A stretch of 64,000 bases of DNA from a virus: IMG/VR virus record IMGVR_UViG_3300050021_000500, positions 1 through 64,000 of that record; one strand, given 5' to 3'. Made by a program: the position numbers and the translations under genes. Below, piece by piece: positions 45,050 to 54,261 of this stretch. Position 1 is the first letter of the stretch. Each line of letters opens with the position of its first letter. Below the pieces are notes generated by a model. It had not been told where the DNA came from. It worked only from the letters and a program-made list of their open reading frames with translations, and made no database searches.

Positions 45050-45327
45050 AATATCGGAGTAAAACGAAACGCCCGTCACCGAAAGAGCAGGAGCAAGCCT
45101 GCGAGATCTGGAACCTAAAGTATCCAATCGGCACGCCAGTGACCGTGGAAATGGATTCTGGCGAGATCCGCGCCACTACGACGCGCTCTGTCGCCTGGAT
45201 GTTGGGGGCCGAGCCATCACGCAAGGACCCCGGCCACTCGGCGGTGGTTCTGATGGATGGAATCTCGGGATGCTATCTGGTGTCACGCGTGAGAGCCAAG
45301 GTCAACGCCGCCGGGGAGGTTGCCTGA
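45046..45327 (+). CDS. Conserved phage hypothetical protein
   Basis: WN..YP.GTPV...T.TRS.AW...GH.AVV..DG.SG. Confidence 0.65.
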   Translation: MKYRSKTKRPSPKEQEQACEIWNLKYPIGTPVTVEMDSGEIRATTTRSVAWMLGAEPSRKDPGHSAVVLMDGISGCYLVSRVRAKVNAAGEVA

Positions 45328-45539
45328 TGCCCCGCCGATCTACCTCCGGGGAAGAAGAGCCGCGCTGGATGCGGCCGAGCATGGATTTCCACTTTCGCGG
45401 ACGATGCTTGCGTGTGTTCTGGCGCGGGGTGAAAGGGGTTCGGCACCCACTGCCGTATGCGTGGCACAAATGGGGCTTCTACGCTTTTGGGGTGGCGCTG
45501 ATCGGGTTCATGTACTGGCCAACGACGGAGGCAAACTGA
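45327..45539 (+). CDS. Small protein with C-terminal TM
   Basis: Starts MPRRSTS like the next gene. Confidence 0.5.
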   Translation: MPRRSTSGEEEPRWMRPSMDFHFRGRCLRVFWRGVKGVRHPLPYAWHKWGFYAFGVALIGFMYWPTTEAN

Positions 45540-45838
45540 TGCCACGCCGATCTACCTCCGATGCTCCGGTCATCCGTCAACATGGCCAGAGCAACGCCGA
45601 GAAGTACGTCATCGCCTTACGCAATGCGCAGGCGCTGTGGAGCAACCTGTCCGCCGAGGAGCGGAAGGAAGCCGAAGAGGGATTGCGGTGGGCTGAAGTC
45701 TTCGGCCAGATTTACACTGGCCCGAAGTTGCGCGGCCGGCCGCCGGGCAGTAAGAATCGGCTGGCCGAGGTTCCGATTCCCGAAGAGTTGGCCACGAATA
45801 ACGCGGCGGCGCCGATGTTTGAGGAGCGCGAACCGTGA
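45539..45838 (+). CDS. AT-hook protein
   Basis: RGRPPGSKN. Confidence 0.6.
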   Translation: MPRRSTSDAPVIRQHGQSNAEKYVIALRNAQALWSNLSAEERKEAEEGLRWAEVFGQIYTGPKLRGRPPGSKNRLAEVPIPEELATNNAAAPMFEEREP

Positions 45839-46527
45839 ACGGCAACGCGTGGACCGCGGACGAATTGAGAATTGTGCGGGAGCTATATCCGACTCGCACT
45901 ACGCGCGCGCTCGGGGAAAGACTGCGGCGGTCCGTGCGCAGCGTCTACAACGCCGCATACAACCTCGGTCTGCGCAAGTCAAAGGAATTCCTGCAGAGCG
46001 AGGAATCAGGCTTGCTGCGCAAAGGACAGACGCGGCCCGAGAGCGTTGCCACCCAATTCAAGAAGGGGCAAGCCCCTGCGAACAAAGGCGTGCGACGCCC
46101 GGGATGGTCCACCGGGCGGATGAAAGAGACGCAGTTCAAAAAAGGCTGCAGAACTGGGATAGCTCAGAAAAACTGGAAGCCAATCGGCACGGTCCTTCTC
46201 GACGGCGATGGGTATCCCCGGATCAAAGTGCGCGAGGCGGTACACGGAGTTGAGCCCACCGGATTCGGCAATCAGAAATGCTGGCCCTTTCTCAGCCGGC
46301 GCACCTGGGAAGAAAGCAACGGACCGATACCGCCCGGGCACGTAATCGTCTTCCGTGATGGCCAGCGCGACAACTGCGCAATAGGGAATCTGGAGTGCAT
46401 CTCACGGGCCGACCTGGCACGCCGGAACTCGATGTGGGGCCGCTTGCCACAGGAGCTAGCGGAAGTTATCCAGTTGAATGGGGCATTGAAGCGAAAGCTG
46501 AGGAGACTGACCGATGGCAAGGAATAG
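45835..46527 (+). CDS. HNH endonuclease with QFKKG repeats
   Basis: WT.DE; QFKKG x2; W...GPIP.GH...F.DG...N....NLE. Confidence 0.85.
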   Translation: MNGNAWTADELRIVRELYPTRTTRALGERLRRSVRSVYNAAYNLGLRKSKEFLQSEESGLLRKGQTRPESVATQFKKGQAPANKGVRRPGWSTGRMKETQFKKGCRTGIAQKNWKPIGTVLLDGDGYPRIKVREAVHGVEPTGFGNQKCWPFLSRRTWEESNGPIPPGHVIVFRDGQRDNCAIGNLECISRADLARRNSMWGRLPQELAEVIQLNGALKRKLRRLTDGKE

Positions 46528-46774
46528 GATGTCGGACCTACGTAATCATCTGTTCGAAACGCTGGAAGCGCTCAAGGACGCCGATGCGCCAATGGACCTG
46601 GCGCGAGCAAAGGCGATCAGCGACGTCGCACAGACCATCATCAACTCGGCCAAGGTCGAAGTGGATCTGGTCAAACAAATTGGTGCGCCGCAGGGTATTG
46701 AATTCTTCGGCCACCCGATGGAAGTTTCGGCGCCTCACGGCCCACGGATGATCGCAAGGGGCGGTGCCTCATGA
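46514..46774 (+). CDS. Conserved HNH-partner protein
   Basis: DLRNHLFE.LE.L.D....RAKAI..VA..IINSAK. Confidence 0.75.
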   Translation: MARNRMSDLRNHLFETLEALKDADAPMDLARAKAISDVAQTIINSAKVEVDLVKQIGAPQGIEFFGHPMEVSAPHGPRMIARGGAS

Positions 46775-46997
46775 GCACTCCCCGACTGAACTACCGGACA
46801 CCGGGACCTGCCGCCACCTGCCAGTGCGGCGCCTGCAAATGCTGCAATGCCCGCCAATCCAATCGCCGGTGCTATCTCACGCACAAAGCGATAATCGTGC
46901 CAAAAAACAGCGAGACCAAACGGAGACGGAACTGCCTTAGCCCCAAAGTCTCTGATGCGGAACTCGACCGCAGAGCCCTTGCTATGGGAGGCTGCGG

Positions 46998-47255
46998 ATG
47001 AATTCAACCGGCAGAAAGCGATCAACGGAGACGCAACTTCGAGAGGTGAAGCACGACTTGAAACTAGTGAGAGCCTCGATTGCCCAACTTCGACAGGAGG
47101 TTGAACAGCGCCGCCGGATCGGCGCTCAGATGGCAAACTTCTGTTTCAACCTGGGCCAGGAGAACACAAGCCTCCCAAGCGATTGGTCGCGCGCCAAGGC
47201 CACCATGCGCGACATGCAGGCCAACTGGGACGCGATCAAGATGCAACCCTCATGA
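46998..47255 (+). CDS. Hypothetical coiled-coil protein
   Basis: Coupled ORF. Confidence 0.55.
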   Translation: MNSTGRKRSTETQLREVKHDLKLVRASIAQLRQEVEQRRRIGAQMANFCFNLGQENTSLPSDWSRAKATMRDMQANWDAIKMQPS

Positions 47256-47515
47256 CCATCCGCGAACTGGCCATCCGCCGCGTCCAGCAGTGCGGTATGA
47301 GCGCACGAGAGGCTGCGCTGATGCTTGAAGGCTTCGCCCGTGGGCCAGGCCGCGACATCAAGTTTAACGATTGTGTGCAATCGCTATCGGAGACGCTGGC
47401 CCAGCGCATCGATCAGGCTGCCATCGGCTACCGGATGCGCAATGGGATACCCCAACCACCTGTCGAAACAGCACCTCACGATGGCAAGATGCTGGCTACC
47501 GGAGAGACGACATGA
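47252..47515 (+). CDS. Hypothetical protein
   Basis: Ends HDGKMLATGE. Confidence 0.55.
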   Translation: MTIRELAIRRVQQCGMSAREAALMLEGFARGPGRDIKFNDCVQSLSETLAQRIDQAAIGYRMRNGIPQPPVETAPHDGKMLATGETT

Positions 47516-47844
47516 CGGAGAGAATGCCGGACGTATTTATTGGCGTTATAGACGATGTGAAACATGCAATCGCGTTCGCCCGGATGATCCAGCCGGCCTA
47601 CCAGCGACAGCAATGGAAATGGATTGCCGGCGGATTTAAGCGGGTTCCGACCGTCGCCGATATTGCCGAGACGATTGAGTTACTCGCTCGCGGAGTAGCC
47701 GATGGAGAAGCATTCGCTTCCACCGGAGGATTGACGGTGCGACGCGGAAATCGCCTCTATGTCAGTCCAGTGCTGAAGCCGGACAAACTGGTCTTCAGGC
47801 AGCGTGCGCAGAGGCTGTTGGCCAATGGGGAGACAACATCATGA
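47512..47844 (+). CDS. Hypothetical protein
   Basis: W.W....VPT..I......L.......STGGL.V. Confidence 0.6.
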   Translation: MTERMPDVFIGVIDDVKHAIAFARMIQPAYQRQQWKWIAGGFKRVPTVADIAETIELLARGVADGEAFASTGGLTVRRGNRLYVSPVLKPDKLVFRQRAQRLLANGETTS

Positions 47845-48674
47845 CGGAGAAAATGTCGAAGGGTTCCGCGCGGAAGGGCGAGTTGCCCGCCCTCCCGCCA
47901 GCCCAACCGTCGCCCGCAAAGCCGGGCGCTGGGCCGGCTCTAGAGAATACCGTCCTGATCCTGCGTACATGCAGTGCCGACATGCTGAGCCACGGCGGCT
48001 TTCGGTGGCCGGAGAGCGGCCCAGTGGAGGTACCTGACTGGAATCCAAAGCATGTATGCGGCGGTGGCTTGCACGGTCTGCTGTGGGGTGAGGGCTCCGT
48101 CTCGTACCTCAATTTGGATGAGTTGGCCAAGTGGATCGTGTTCCGCGCCCAGATGGCCGATTTGGCGCATGGCACCGGCGAACTGATCGACAAGTGTAAG
48201 GCCCGCGCGGGAACGGTGGAATACTGCGGATGTCGCGACGGGGCAATCAGCTACCTCATGGCCAATGGTGCCGCAGGAAAAGCGGTTGTCTTCGGCACGG
48301 CGACGGCGGGCGACAGCGGCACGGCGACGGCGGGCTACAGCGGCGTGATTACCATCCTGTACTGGAATGACAAGCGCTATAAGGCTCGCATCGCGCAGGT
48401 CAAGGACGAAGACGGATACGGCGAGCTGGAGCCCAACACGCCGTATAGGCTGAACGTTCAAGGGAACTTTACCAGAGCCGATGCTGCGCCGCGCTCTGGC
48501 GGCGACGGTAGCATCGGCGGCGTGGAGCGAGCGGGGACGGGCACGGTAGAACAGCCACGGAGCCTTTCTCCGTTGAATCCTACCGGGGATATTTTTATGA
48601 TTGCTGACATCATCTTTGCATCTGGTTGGCTGGTAGTTGGACTGGCTCTAATTTTCAGGAGACGCCTGCGATGA
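47841..48674 (+). CDS. Phage protein (HGGF.WP/CG.GLHG family); both termini are translated hairpin elements
   Basis: SHGGFRWPESG.V..PDW...CGGGLHG; GTATAG repeats. Confidence 0.7.
   Translation: MTEKMSKGSARKGELPALPPAQPSPAKPGAGPALENTVLILRTCSADMLSHGGFRWPESGPVEVPDWNPKHVCGGGLHGLLWGEGSVSYLNLDELAKWIVFRAQMADLAHGTGELIDKCKARAGTVEYCGCRDGAISYLMANGAAGKAVVFGTATAGDSGTATAGYSGVITILYWNDKRYKARIAQVKDEDGYGELEPNTPYRLNVQGNFTRADAAPRSGGDGSIGGVERAGTGTVEQPRSLSPLNPTGDIFMIADIIFASGWLVVGLALIFRRRLR
47844..47943 (-). repeat. Paired hairpin element I (L-type; pairs with D)
   Basis: TAGA GCCGGCCCAGC [GCCCG..CGGGC] GACG GTTGGGCTGGC...TTTCTCCGT. Confidence 0.9.
48472..48573 (+). repeat. Paired hairpin element D (R-type; pairs with I)
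   Basis: CCAGA GCCGATGCTGC [GCCGC..GCGGC] GACG GTAGCATCGGC GGCG...TTTCTCCGT. Confidence 0.9.
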
Positions 48675-48863
48675 TTCTGAACGAAAACACCGCCTCGCAT
48701 CCCTTCTACCAGCCGAACGTCCGCGTTCGCACGCCGAAGCAAGTACGGCCCCACTCTACGGTGGCCACCGGGGACTGTCCGGGTAATCCCGAAGGAAGAT
48801 TCGAATGGATGCGCCGTCGGCAGAAGTGGAAGCGAGAACAGAAGAGGCTGAGGAGAATATCCA

Positions 48864-49325
48864 ATGCAGTTTGAATTTGAAGGCGAACTTTACCGGATCG
48901 CGTTCCACCACCCGGTCCCCACGGATTTGTACTACCACGCAGGCCACGAGGCGCAGCTCGTGCGCGACTCCACGAACCAAAAGCCAGGGCACGGGCCGAT
49001 GCGAATATTCTGCGCGGAGTGCGAAGCGCGTACTCATCACGAGGTGCAACTCTTCCCCGCCCCGAAAAACAGGGGCGTCGAGTGCGGGATCTACATGGCC
49101 CATTTCGGCGAAAACTCGAAGCCGGAATGGAAACTCATAACTCGCGGCGTTGCCAGGCTGAACCGGAAAGCCAAGGACCAGTACACGCGCGAGGGGGGGC
49201 GTGTGGCCGCGCTCAATAATGCGCTCTCTCGCAGCCACTGGGAAGCTGGGGAGTTCTGCGCCGCGGTGGTGACGGCATACAACAGGCGCAAGGATTACCG
49301 GGCGCAGGCTGGGGTGACCCTGTGA
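48864..49325 (+). CDS. Hypothetical protein
   Basis: G.A.....DQY.R..GR..AL..AL. Confidence 0.6.
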   Translation: MQFEFEGELYRIAFHHPVPTDLYYHAGHEAQLVRDSTNQKPGHGPMRIFCAECEARTHHEVQLFPAPKNRGVECGIYMAHFGENSKPEWKLITRGVARLNRKAKDQYTREGGRVAALNNALSRSHWEAGEFCAAVVTAYNRRKDYRAQAGVTL

Positions 49326-49885
49326 CACCTATCCAGTACGCGATCGCTAAAGTGAACAAGCAACGCGCCAGAAAGGGGCTGGGACCGGTTCCCAACACCA
49401 TAGAAAAACCCGCGCTCCCGCTAAATGCAGACGCCCCGGCGCCGTCGACGGAGGCCACGCGACCGAGCAAGTCGCGGGCATCCGTAAATTCCTACGATAT
49501 GCACCTTTCTGACAAGCGGGCGAAGAGGACAGTGCCTCCCCTCTACGATGCAGTTGAGCCGAAACCCAAAAGCGAGAGGAAGCCTTGGGGCGGCGCCGCA
49601 ATGTCGAAAGACGAGGAGAACAGGCTGCGCGCGGTTCTCGCGGCAGACCGCTTGATCGAAACCCGCAATTTTATAAATTCCGCCCAATACGAAGCGCAGC
49701 TCGTGCAGGAAGCCGAAGACGAAGCCCGGCGGCGCCGGATTGCGCGGTGCGAAGAAGAGATCCAGCGCCTGGAGGCGTTGCCCGCCAATATCAAAGACCG
49801 GGCGTACCTGGTCGCTATGGGCACCGAAGACTGGCGAGCGGAGAAAGTGCTGGAAGAGTACGGGCCACGAGAGGTCACCCAATGA
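49322..49885 (+). CDS. Hypothetical protein
   Basis: Coupled ORF. Confidence 0.55.
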   Translation: MTPIQYAIAKVNKQRARKGLGPVPNTIEKPALPLNADAPAPSTEATRPSKSRASVNSYDMHLSDKRAKRTVPPLYDAVEPKPKSERKPWGGAAMSKDEENRLRAVLAADRLIETRNFINSAQYEAQLVQEAEDEARRRRIARCEEEIQRLEALPANIKDRAYLVAMGTEDWRAEKVLEEYGPREVTQ

Positions 49886-50286
49886 CGCACGCCGATGCAG
49901 CGCGCGCGTATGCCGCAGCCTACGCCAAAGCCAGCGACGCCCAGTTGATGAATCCGCCCGATGCGATTCGCGCGCATGCCCTGGGCATCTCGATTCCAGA
50001 AACATCGCCATTATCGACCGTGGAGTATACGTGTCCGGTGGTACCGGACAGCCGGACATCCGGCGACAGCCGGTCCTACAACCATGACGGATGCGTCACG
50101 AGATGGTTGCAGGAACGGGATGCCCGGGAGCGGGCCGAACGGGCAGCGTCCGACTGGCGCGAGGCCGCCAACGACTGGTGCAACCGGGCTGAGAGGGCGC
50201 GAAAAAGAGTTCGCGCTCTGACCTGGGTGACTTGCCTGGCTATCTTTGCGGCGGGTCTGGCATGGTGGATCAATGCCCATCCGTAA
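49882..50286 (+). CDS. Hypothetical protein with C-terminal TM
   Basis: Coupled ORF. Confidence 0.55.
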   Translation: MTHADAARAYAAAYAKASDAQLMNPPDAIRAHALGISIPETSPLSTVEYTCPVVPDSRTSGDSRSYNHDGCVTRWLQERDARERAERAASDWREAANDWCNRAERARKRVRALTWVTCLAIFAAGLAWWINAHP

Positions 50287-50854
50287 GGAGTTTCGGAAGT
50301 TCTACCGCGGTGCCGCCTGGAGGGATGCGCGGCACCGCATCCTCGCCCGGGCCGGTGGGAAGTTCAATCTCTCGGGCAACTACCTGGGATCAGCCAGGTG
50401 CGAGGCCTGCGGGAAGCCAGATAGGACGAGGGTTGAAACGTTCAGCGATCACGCCATGGGCTTCCTGGGGCACCGCGGCCTACCGGTGATGTTCTGGCGC
50501 ACCGCAGGATCACCCTGGCGCGATTGGGATGGCGTGGACGACGGCCAGGACCACCGTAATCACCCGCATCTTGTGCCCGAAGGAGATGGTTGCCTCGTCG
50601 CGAATACCGATTTGCGCGCTTTCTGGGTGGCTGAAAGGAAAGCCATGAAGTCCCGCGTCTGGTTTCTCTCTACTCCTCACGCCACGGGCGCCTGTGCGAC
50701 TTGTACGGCGCCCGCCAGGGGCTTCGACTCCCAGGCAGTGACCCGATGCTGTGGGGAGTGCGAGAAGGGCTGTCAGTGCGGCTTCCAGGCCCGACAGCGG
50801 GAGATTGTACGTGAGATGCCAATTCAGCACAAGGCGAGGAGGGCTACGGCATGA
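50273..50854 (+). CDS. HNH-like N-terminus fused to Cys-rich tail
   Basis: FY.G..W...R..IL.RA....CE.CG. Confidence 0.5.
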   Translation: MPIRKEFRKFYRGAAWRDARHRILARAGGKFNLSGNYLGSARCEACGKPDRTRVETFSDHAMGFLGHRGLPVMFWRTAGSPWRDWDGVDDGQDHRNHPHLVPEGDGCLVANTDLRAFWVAERKAMKSRVWFLSTPHATGACATCTAPARGFDSQAVTRCCGECEKGCQCGFQARQREIVREMPIQHKARRATA

Positions 50855-51135
50855 AGTCCGAAATCGAGAAACTATCCGCGCTGGTGGAGCGCCAGCGGCA
50901 GACCATTGCGCGCCTGTCGGCTCCCGGCATCGAGCGGGCGCCCTGGTTTTACGCGCCCTGCTCCAACTGCGGAGCCATCGAAGGCATGGGGCTGACGACG
51001 CCAGAAATCGATGGGGCGCGAAAGCCCGGATACAGCTCGCTCTGGTGCATCCGGGTGTTTTGGTGTTGGTCAAGTTGCTAAACCGCTGTAAGCCGCGGGA
51101 GATTGTTCGCGAGATGCCAATTCAGCACAAGGCGA
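50797..51135 (+). repeat. 41-bp direct repeat (50797-50837 and 51095-51135) flanking one gene
   Basis: GCGGGAGATTGT(A/T)CG(T/C)GAGATGCCAATTCAGCACAAGGCGA. Confidence 0.9.
50851..51081 (+). CDS. Small Zn-ribbon protein inside the direct repeat
   Basis: CSNCG..WC..C. Confidence 0.5.
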   Translation: MKSEIEKLSALVERQRQTIARLSAPGIERAPWFYAPCSNCGAIEGMGLTTPEIDGARKPGYSSLWCIRVFWCWSSC

Positions 51136-51151
51136 TGCCGGAGGTAAAGCG

Positions 51152-52030
51152 ATGACGACAGAAGAAGCTGTACAAGCGATCACGGTGGCGCTGGATCGCC
51201 GGTGCTGCCATCAGTGCCACGGCGCGGGGACGGTTAGCGTGATGGGTGGGCAGGTGTTCGAGACGGATTCGGATGAAGAGGCCCAACTGGCGTACCAAAC
51301 TGTGGCTTGCCCGACATGCATCAAGGTCCGAGCCGACGCTCTCGCCGCGCTGGAGGAGATGCGGAAGGACTCGGAGCAAACGGCAGAAGAGCCGACGCAT
51401 ATCTACCACGCTTGTGGCTATATCGATGAGGGCGGTCCTGGATTCCCTTGCACAAATTCTGTTGAGCTTGGGAAACATTGTGAAGGCCATACAGATCCGG
51501 CAGAGCAGAAGACCGCTAATGCCGACGCTGCCATCGAACAGGCCGAGGATGAGCATATACGACGATTTGGCGGCGAATGGGGAGATGAGCATACGGAAGA
51601 TCGTAAGGCTTGGGCGGCACAGAGGGCTGGGGCCGCTTGCCAGTGCCCGGCGCGGATAGCGATCCGGTTATTTCTATCCGGGCTCGCGCCAGCCTCCCTT
51701 GGTAGACAGATGTATTTTTTGAAAGATCGGACGGAACTTGAATCCGCCCTCTCCGCCCGCTGCCCATGCTGCGCGGAGCGGGATGAAGCGATCCACACGC
51801 GCAGCCTGGCTCAAGCGGCGAGCACGCGGGATCTGGAGGCGAAGCGGGCAGTGGAAGAAAAATTACGGCTTGCGCTGGACATAAATGACCTCCTGCGGGC
51901 GCGGGTGCCGTTGGAGCCTGGCGCGAACACAAATACGGCGCCGGTAAATCCGCTATTGGTGGGGACTAATGCGCCGAAAGCGTTAAAGCCGCAGGGCCTG
52001 GCGGGCATTGAGAGCGGAGGGAAAAGCTGA
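51152..52030 (+). CDS. Mosaic Cys-rich hypothetical protein
   Basis: CHQCHGAG and other Zn motifs. Confidence 0.55.
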   Translation: MTTEEAVQAITVALDRRCCHQCHGAGTVSVMGGQVFETDSDEEAQLAYQTVACPTCIKVRADALAALEEMRKDSEQTAEEPTHIYHACGYIDEGGPGFPCTNSVELGKHCEGHTDPAEQKTANADAAIEQAEDEHIRRFGGEWGDEHTEDRKAWAAQRAGAACQCPARIAIRLFLSGLAPASLGRQMYFLKDRTELESALSARCPCCAERDEAIHTRSLAQAASTRDLEAKRAVEEKLRLALDINDLLRARVPLEPGANTNTAPVNPLLVGTNAPKALKPQGLAGIESGGKS

Positions 52031-52719
52031 TGCCTGAGAAGTTGCTGAAGCCCCCCGCGCTGAGGAGCGACCCGCTCGCGATCCCGCCGGCCCAGCCGTC
52101 GTCCGCAAAGCCGGGCGCTGGACCGACTCTGAGCCATGAGGAGTTGCGGAAACGTGCAGTCCAGTGGTTGACCAATACCAAGCGCTGTGGCGTCGTCTTG
52201 TCGGAGATCGTTACAGGTTGCTCCGAGATCCCCGACGCCATCGGGTGGCGCGGCCACACCTCCTACATTGTGGAATGCAAAACAAGCCGTTCCGACTTCC
52301 GTGCGAATAAAACCAAAATTCACGCGCGCTGTAACCGTGGCGTCGGACAGTTCCGCTACATCATGGTGCCGAGATGCCTGACGGATCAGGTATTGAAATC
52401 AGAAGCGCCGGTACGGCCTGAAGACCTGGAAGGTTCGGACTACGGATTACTCTGGTGCTCGGCAGAATCCGGCACGGTTCGAGTGATGAAGGAAGCGACC
52501 GTGCGCGAACAATGCCAGGATGACGAGATCACGATGCTAGTGTCGGCATTGCGGCGCGTGCGCGCAAGAGAGTTCTTAATTCTTGTCCAAGAAACGCAGC
52601 AGGACTCCAGAGCCGATGCTGCGCCGCGTTCCGGCGGCGACGGTAGCATCGGCGGCGTGGAGAGAGCGCCCCGAACCACAGAGCAACCCGCCCCAGCACC
52701 TTCTCAGGAGAACGCTTAA
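52030..52719 (+). CDS. PD-(D/E)XK (MmcB-like) nuclease; both termini are translated hairpin elements
   Basis: EIPDAIGW...VECKTSRSDF...G..RY..P. Confidence 0.75.
   Translation: MPEKLLKPPALRSDPLAIPPAQPSSAKPGAGPTLSHEELRKRAVQWLTNTKRCGVVLSEIVTGCSEIPDAIGWRGHTSYIVECKTSRSDFRANKTKIHARCNRGVGQFRYIMVPRCLTDQVLKSEAPVRPEDLEGSDYGLLWCSAESGTVRVMKEATVREQCQDDEITMLVSALRRVRAREFLILVQETQQDSRADAAPRSGGDGSIGGVERAPRTTEQPAPAPSQENA
52033..52131 (-). repeat. Paired hairpin element J (L-type; pairs with E)
   Basis: CAGA GTCGGTCCAGC [..] GACG GCTGGGCCGGC...CAGCAACTTCTCAGG. Confidence 0.9.
52607..52708 (+). repeat. Paired hairpin element E (R-type; pairs with J)
   Basis: CCAGA GCCGATGCTGC [..] GACG GTAGCATCGGC...CAGCACCTTCTCAGG. 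Confidence 0.9.
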
Positions 52720-52971
52720 ATGCACTGTGAACACATGAACTTGCCCGGCGGTGGTTCCGTCATCGTCTGTGGGCCGAAGAAGGCAACGAAGAAATGCTCG
52801 GTATGTGGAAGGGGAAGCCGGGAGTATCGGCTCTGCGACTTCCCAATGCAGGCTGGGAAAACTTGCGACCGGATCTTGTGCCCAGCATGCGCAACGCACC
52901 AGAAACCGAATCTTGATTACTGTCCTCAGCACGCGGCGCTGTTGACGCCGGAAGGGAGACTGAAGCTGTGA
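52720..52971 (+). CDS. Cys-rich zinc-finger protein
   Basis: CSVC..LCD.P..TCD..LC..CA...DYCP.H. Confidence 0.7.
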   Translation: MHCEHMNLPGGGSVIVCGPKKATKKCSVCGRGSREYRLCDFPMQAGKTCDRILCPACATHQKPNLDYCPQHAALLTPEGRLKL

Positions 52972-53171
52972 CGGATGTTGAATTCTTCGAGCAGATTGCC
53001 AACCAGGCGGAGACCGTGCGCCAAGAGGTGCGGGCGCGGAACGTCCCCGGTGATGCGAGTATCGGCGTGGAGATGCTGTGCTACTACCTCCGCGAGGTGC
53101 ACAATAAGGCGCTGATGGCAGCCCGGCGGATCGAGGAAGTAGCGGCGGTGGCCAAGGCTGCGGGGGATTGA
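52968..53171 (+). CDS. Hypothetical protein
   Basis: Coupled ORF. Confidence 0.5.
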   Translation: MTDVEFFEQIANQAETVRQEVRARNVPGDASIGVEMLCYYLREVHNKALMAARRIEEVAAVAKAAGD

Positions 53172-53557
53172 AACAGATGAGCAAGATTCCTGAGAAACCG
53201 GTGAGCGAGTATGTCCCTTCTCCAGGCCGTGCCGACGCTCCTGGAAGCGGGCGAACCCGCCTGATCGGAGCCCTGGTCCCAACTTTCCAGGTCGAGTGCG
53301 GTATGTGCGAACGCCACTCAATCGGCACGATCGCGGACGGTGTGGACTACGCGGCAAATAGTAAACGAGTGGCCGGACGGATACTGCGCCGCGCGGGCTG
53401 GGGCCGGTCCTCCGTCTGGGGGTGGATTTGCCCCAGGTGCGTGAAGGTCGGTTGCGCCAGCCGACAGCCTGGATTCGAGCCGCACTCGATCAAGAAAAGC
53501 GAACCACGCTCCCCCAACTGTTCACTAATGCCGGAGACTATACCGTGCCTAGGCTGA
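53168..53557 (+). CDS. Zn-ribbon protein; N-terminus overlaps possible divergent element M
   Basis: CGMC...GW....WICPRC. Confidence 0.55.
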   Translation: MKQMSKIPEKPVSEYVPSPGRADAPGSGRTRLIGALVPTFQVECGMCERHSIGTIADGVDYAANSKRVAGRILRRAGWGRSSVWGWICPRCVKVGCASRQPGFEPHSIKKSEPRSPNCSLMPETIPCLG

Positions 53558-54261
53558 AATCCTGGATTTCGCGGGTTCCTTATATTCTGGAACAACTTAA
53601 CTCGGTTACCCCGACCGTCTATACCAGGCGGGAAGTGGAGCAACTGTTCACTATCCGAAAGGTGAAAGCCATCGATTTGATGCGCGTTGCCGGCGCGAGG
53701 ATTGAGCACGGAATGGAGGCGGAAGTCACCCGCGAGAACCTCAAATTCTACGTCGAGCACTGCCCGGAGGCGATCTCCTATTACGCCGAGCAGGCCCGCC
53801 GAAAGCGGATGGCGAGGGATCTGCTGGAGAAGGAATCGGCGCGGGACGCTATTGTCCGGTTCAGCCAGATGATTGCCAGCCGGCTGAAGCCCGCAGACCA
53901 ACGCATCGAGTTCGACAGCAAGAAACTGGCCGAGTGCCTTTCGATTGGCCCGGGGATTCTGACGCTCCGGTTTAGCGATTCCCACGACTTGGCCTACAAG
54001 ATGGCTCTGCTGGCCATGGCAGGGCATAACGACGGCGAGACGCTCTGGGGAAAATGCGACCCACCGCGGGGAGTGCCCTTCGCCGGCGAACCGAAGTACA
54101 CCCTGCTCAACCATCCGTTCACCACGCACCCGACGTACACCGGCAAGGGATGCGCCATGTGCGGGAGGCCTGAAGCGGTTCATGTGGACATGACAGGCGC
54201 GCTCCGCTTGGCCACCCCGGAAGAAAGAGCACGGATTATGTCAGAGGAGTTGGTGGCATGA
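53545..54261 (+). CDS. Hypothetical DNA-binding protein
   Basis: GGAG RBS + GTG; YTRREVEQLF HTH-like. Confidence 0.55.
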   Translation: MPRLKSWISRVPYILEQLNSVTPTVYTRREVEQLFTIRKVKAIDLMRVAGARIEHGMEAEVTRENLKFYVEHCPEAISYYAEQARRKRMARDLLEKESARDAIVRFSQMIASRLKPADQRIEFDSKKLAECLSIGPGILTLRFSDSHDLAYKMALLAMAGHNDGETLWGKCDPPRGVPFAGEPKYTLLNHPFTTHPTYTGKGCAMCGRPEAVHVDMTGALRLATPEERARIMSEELVA

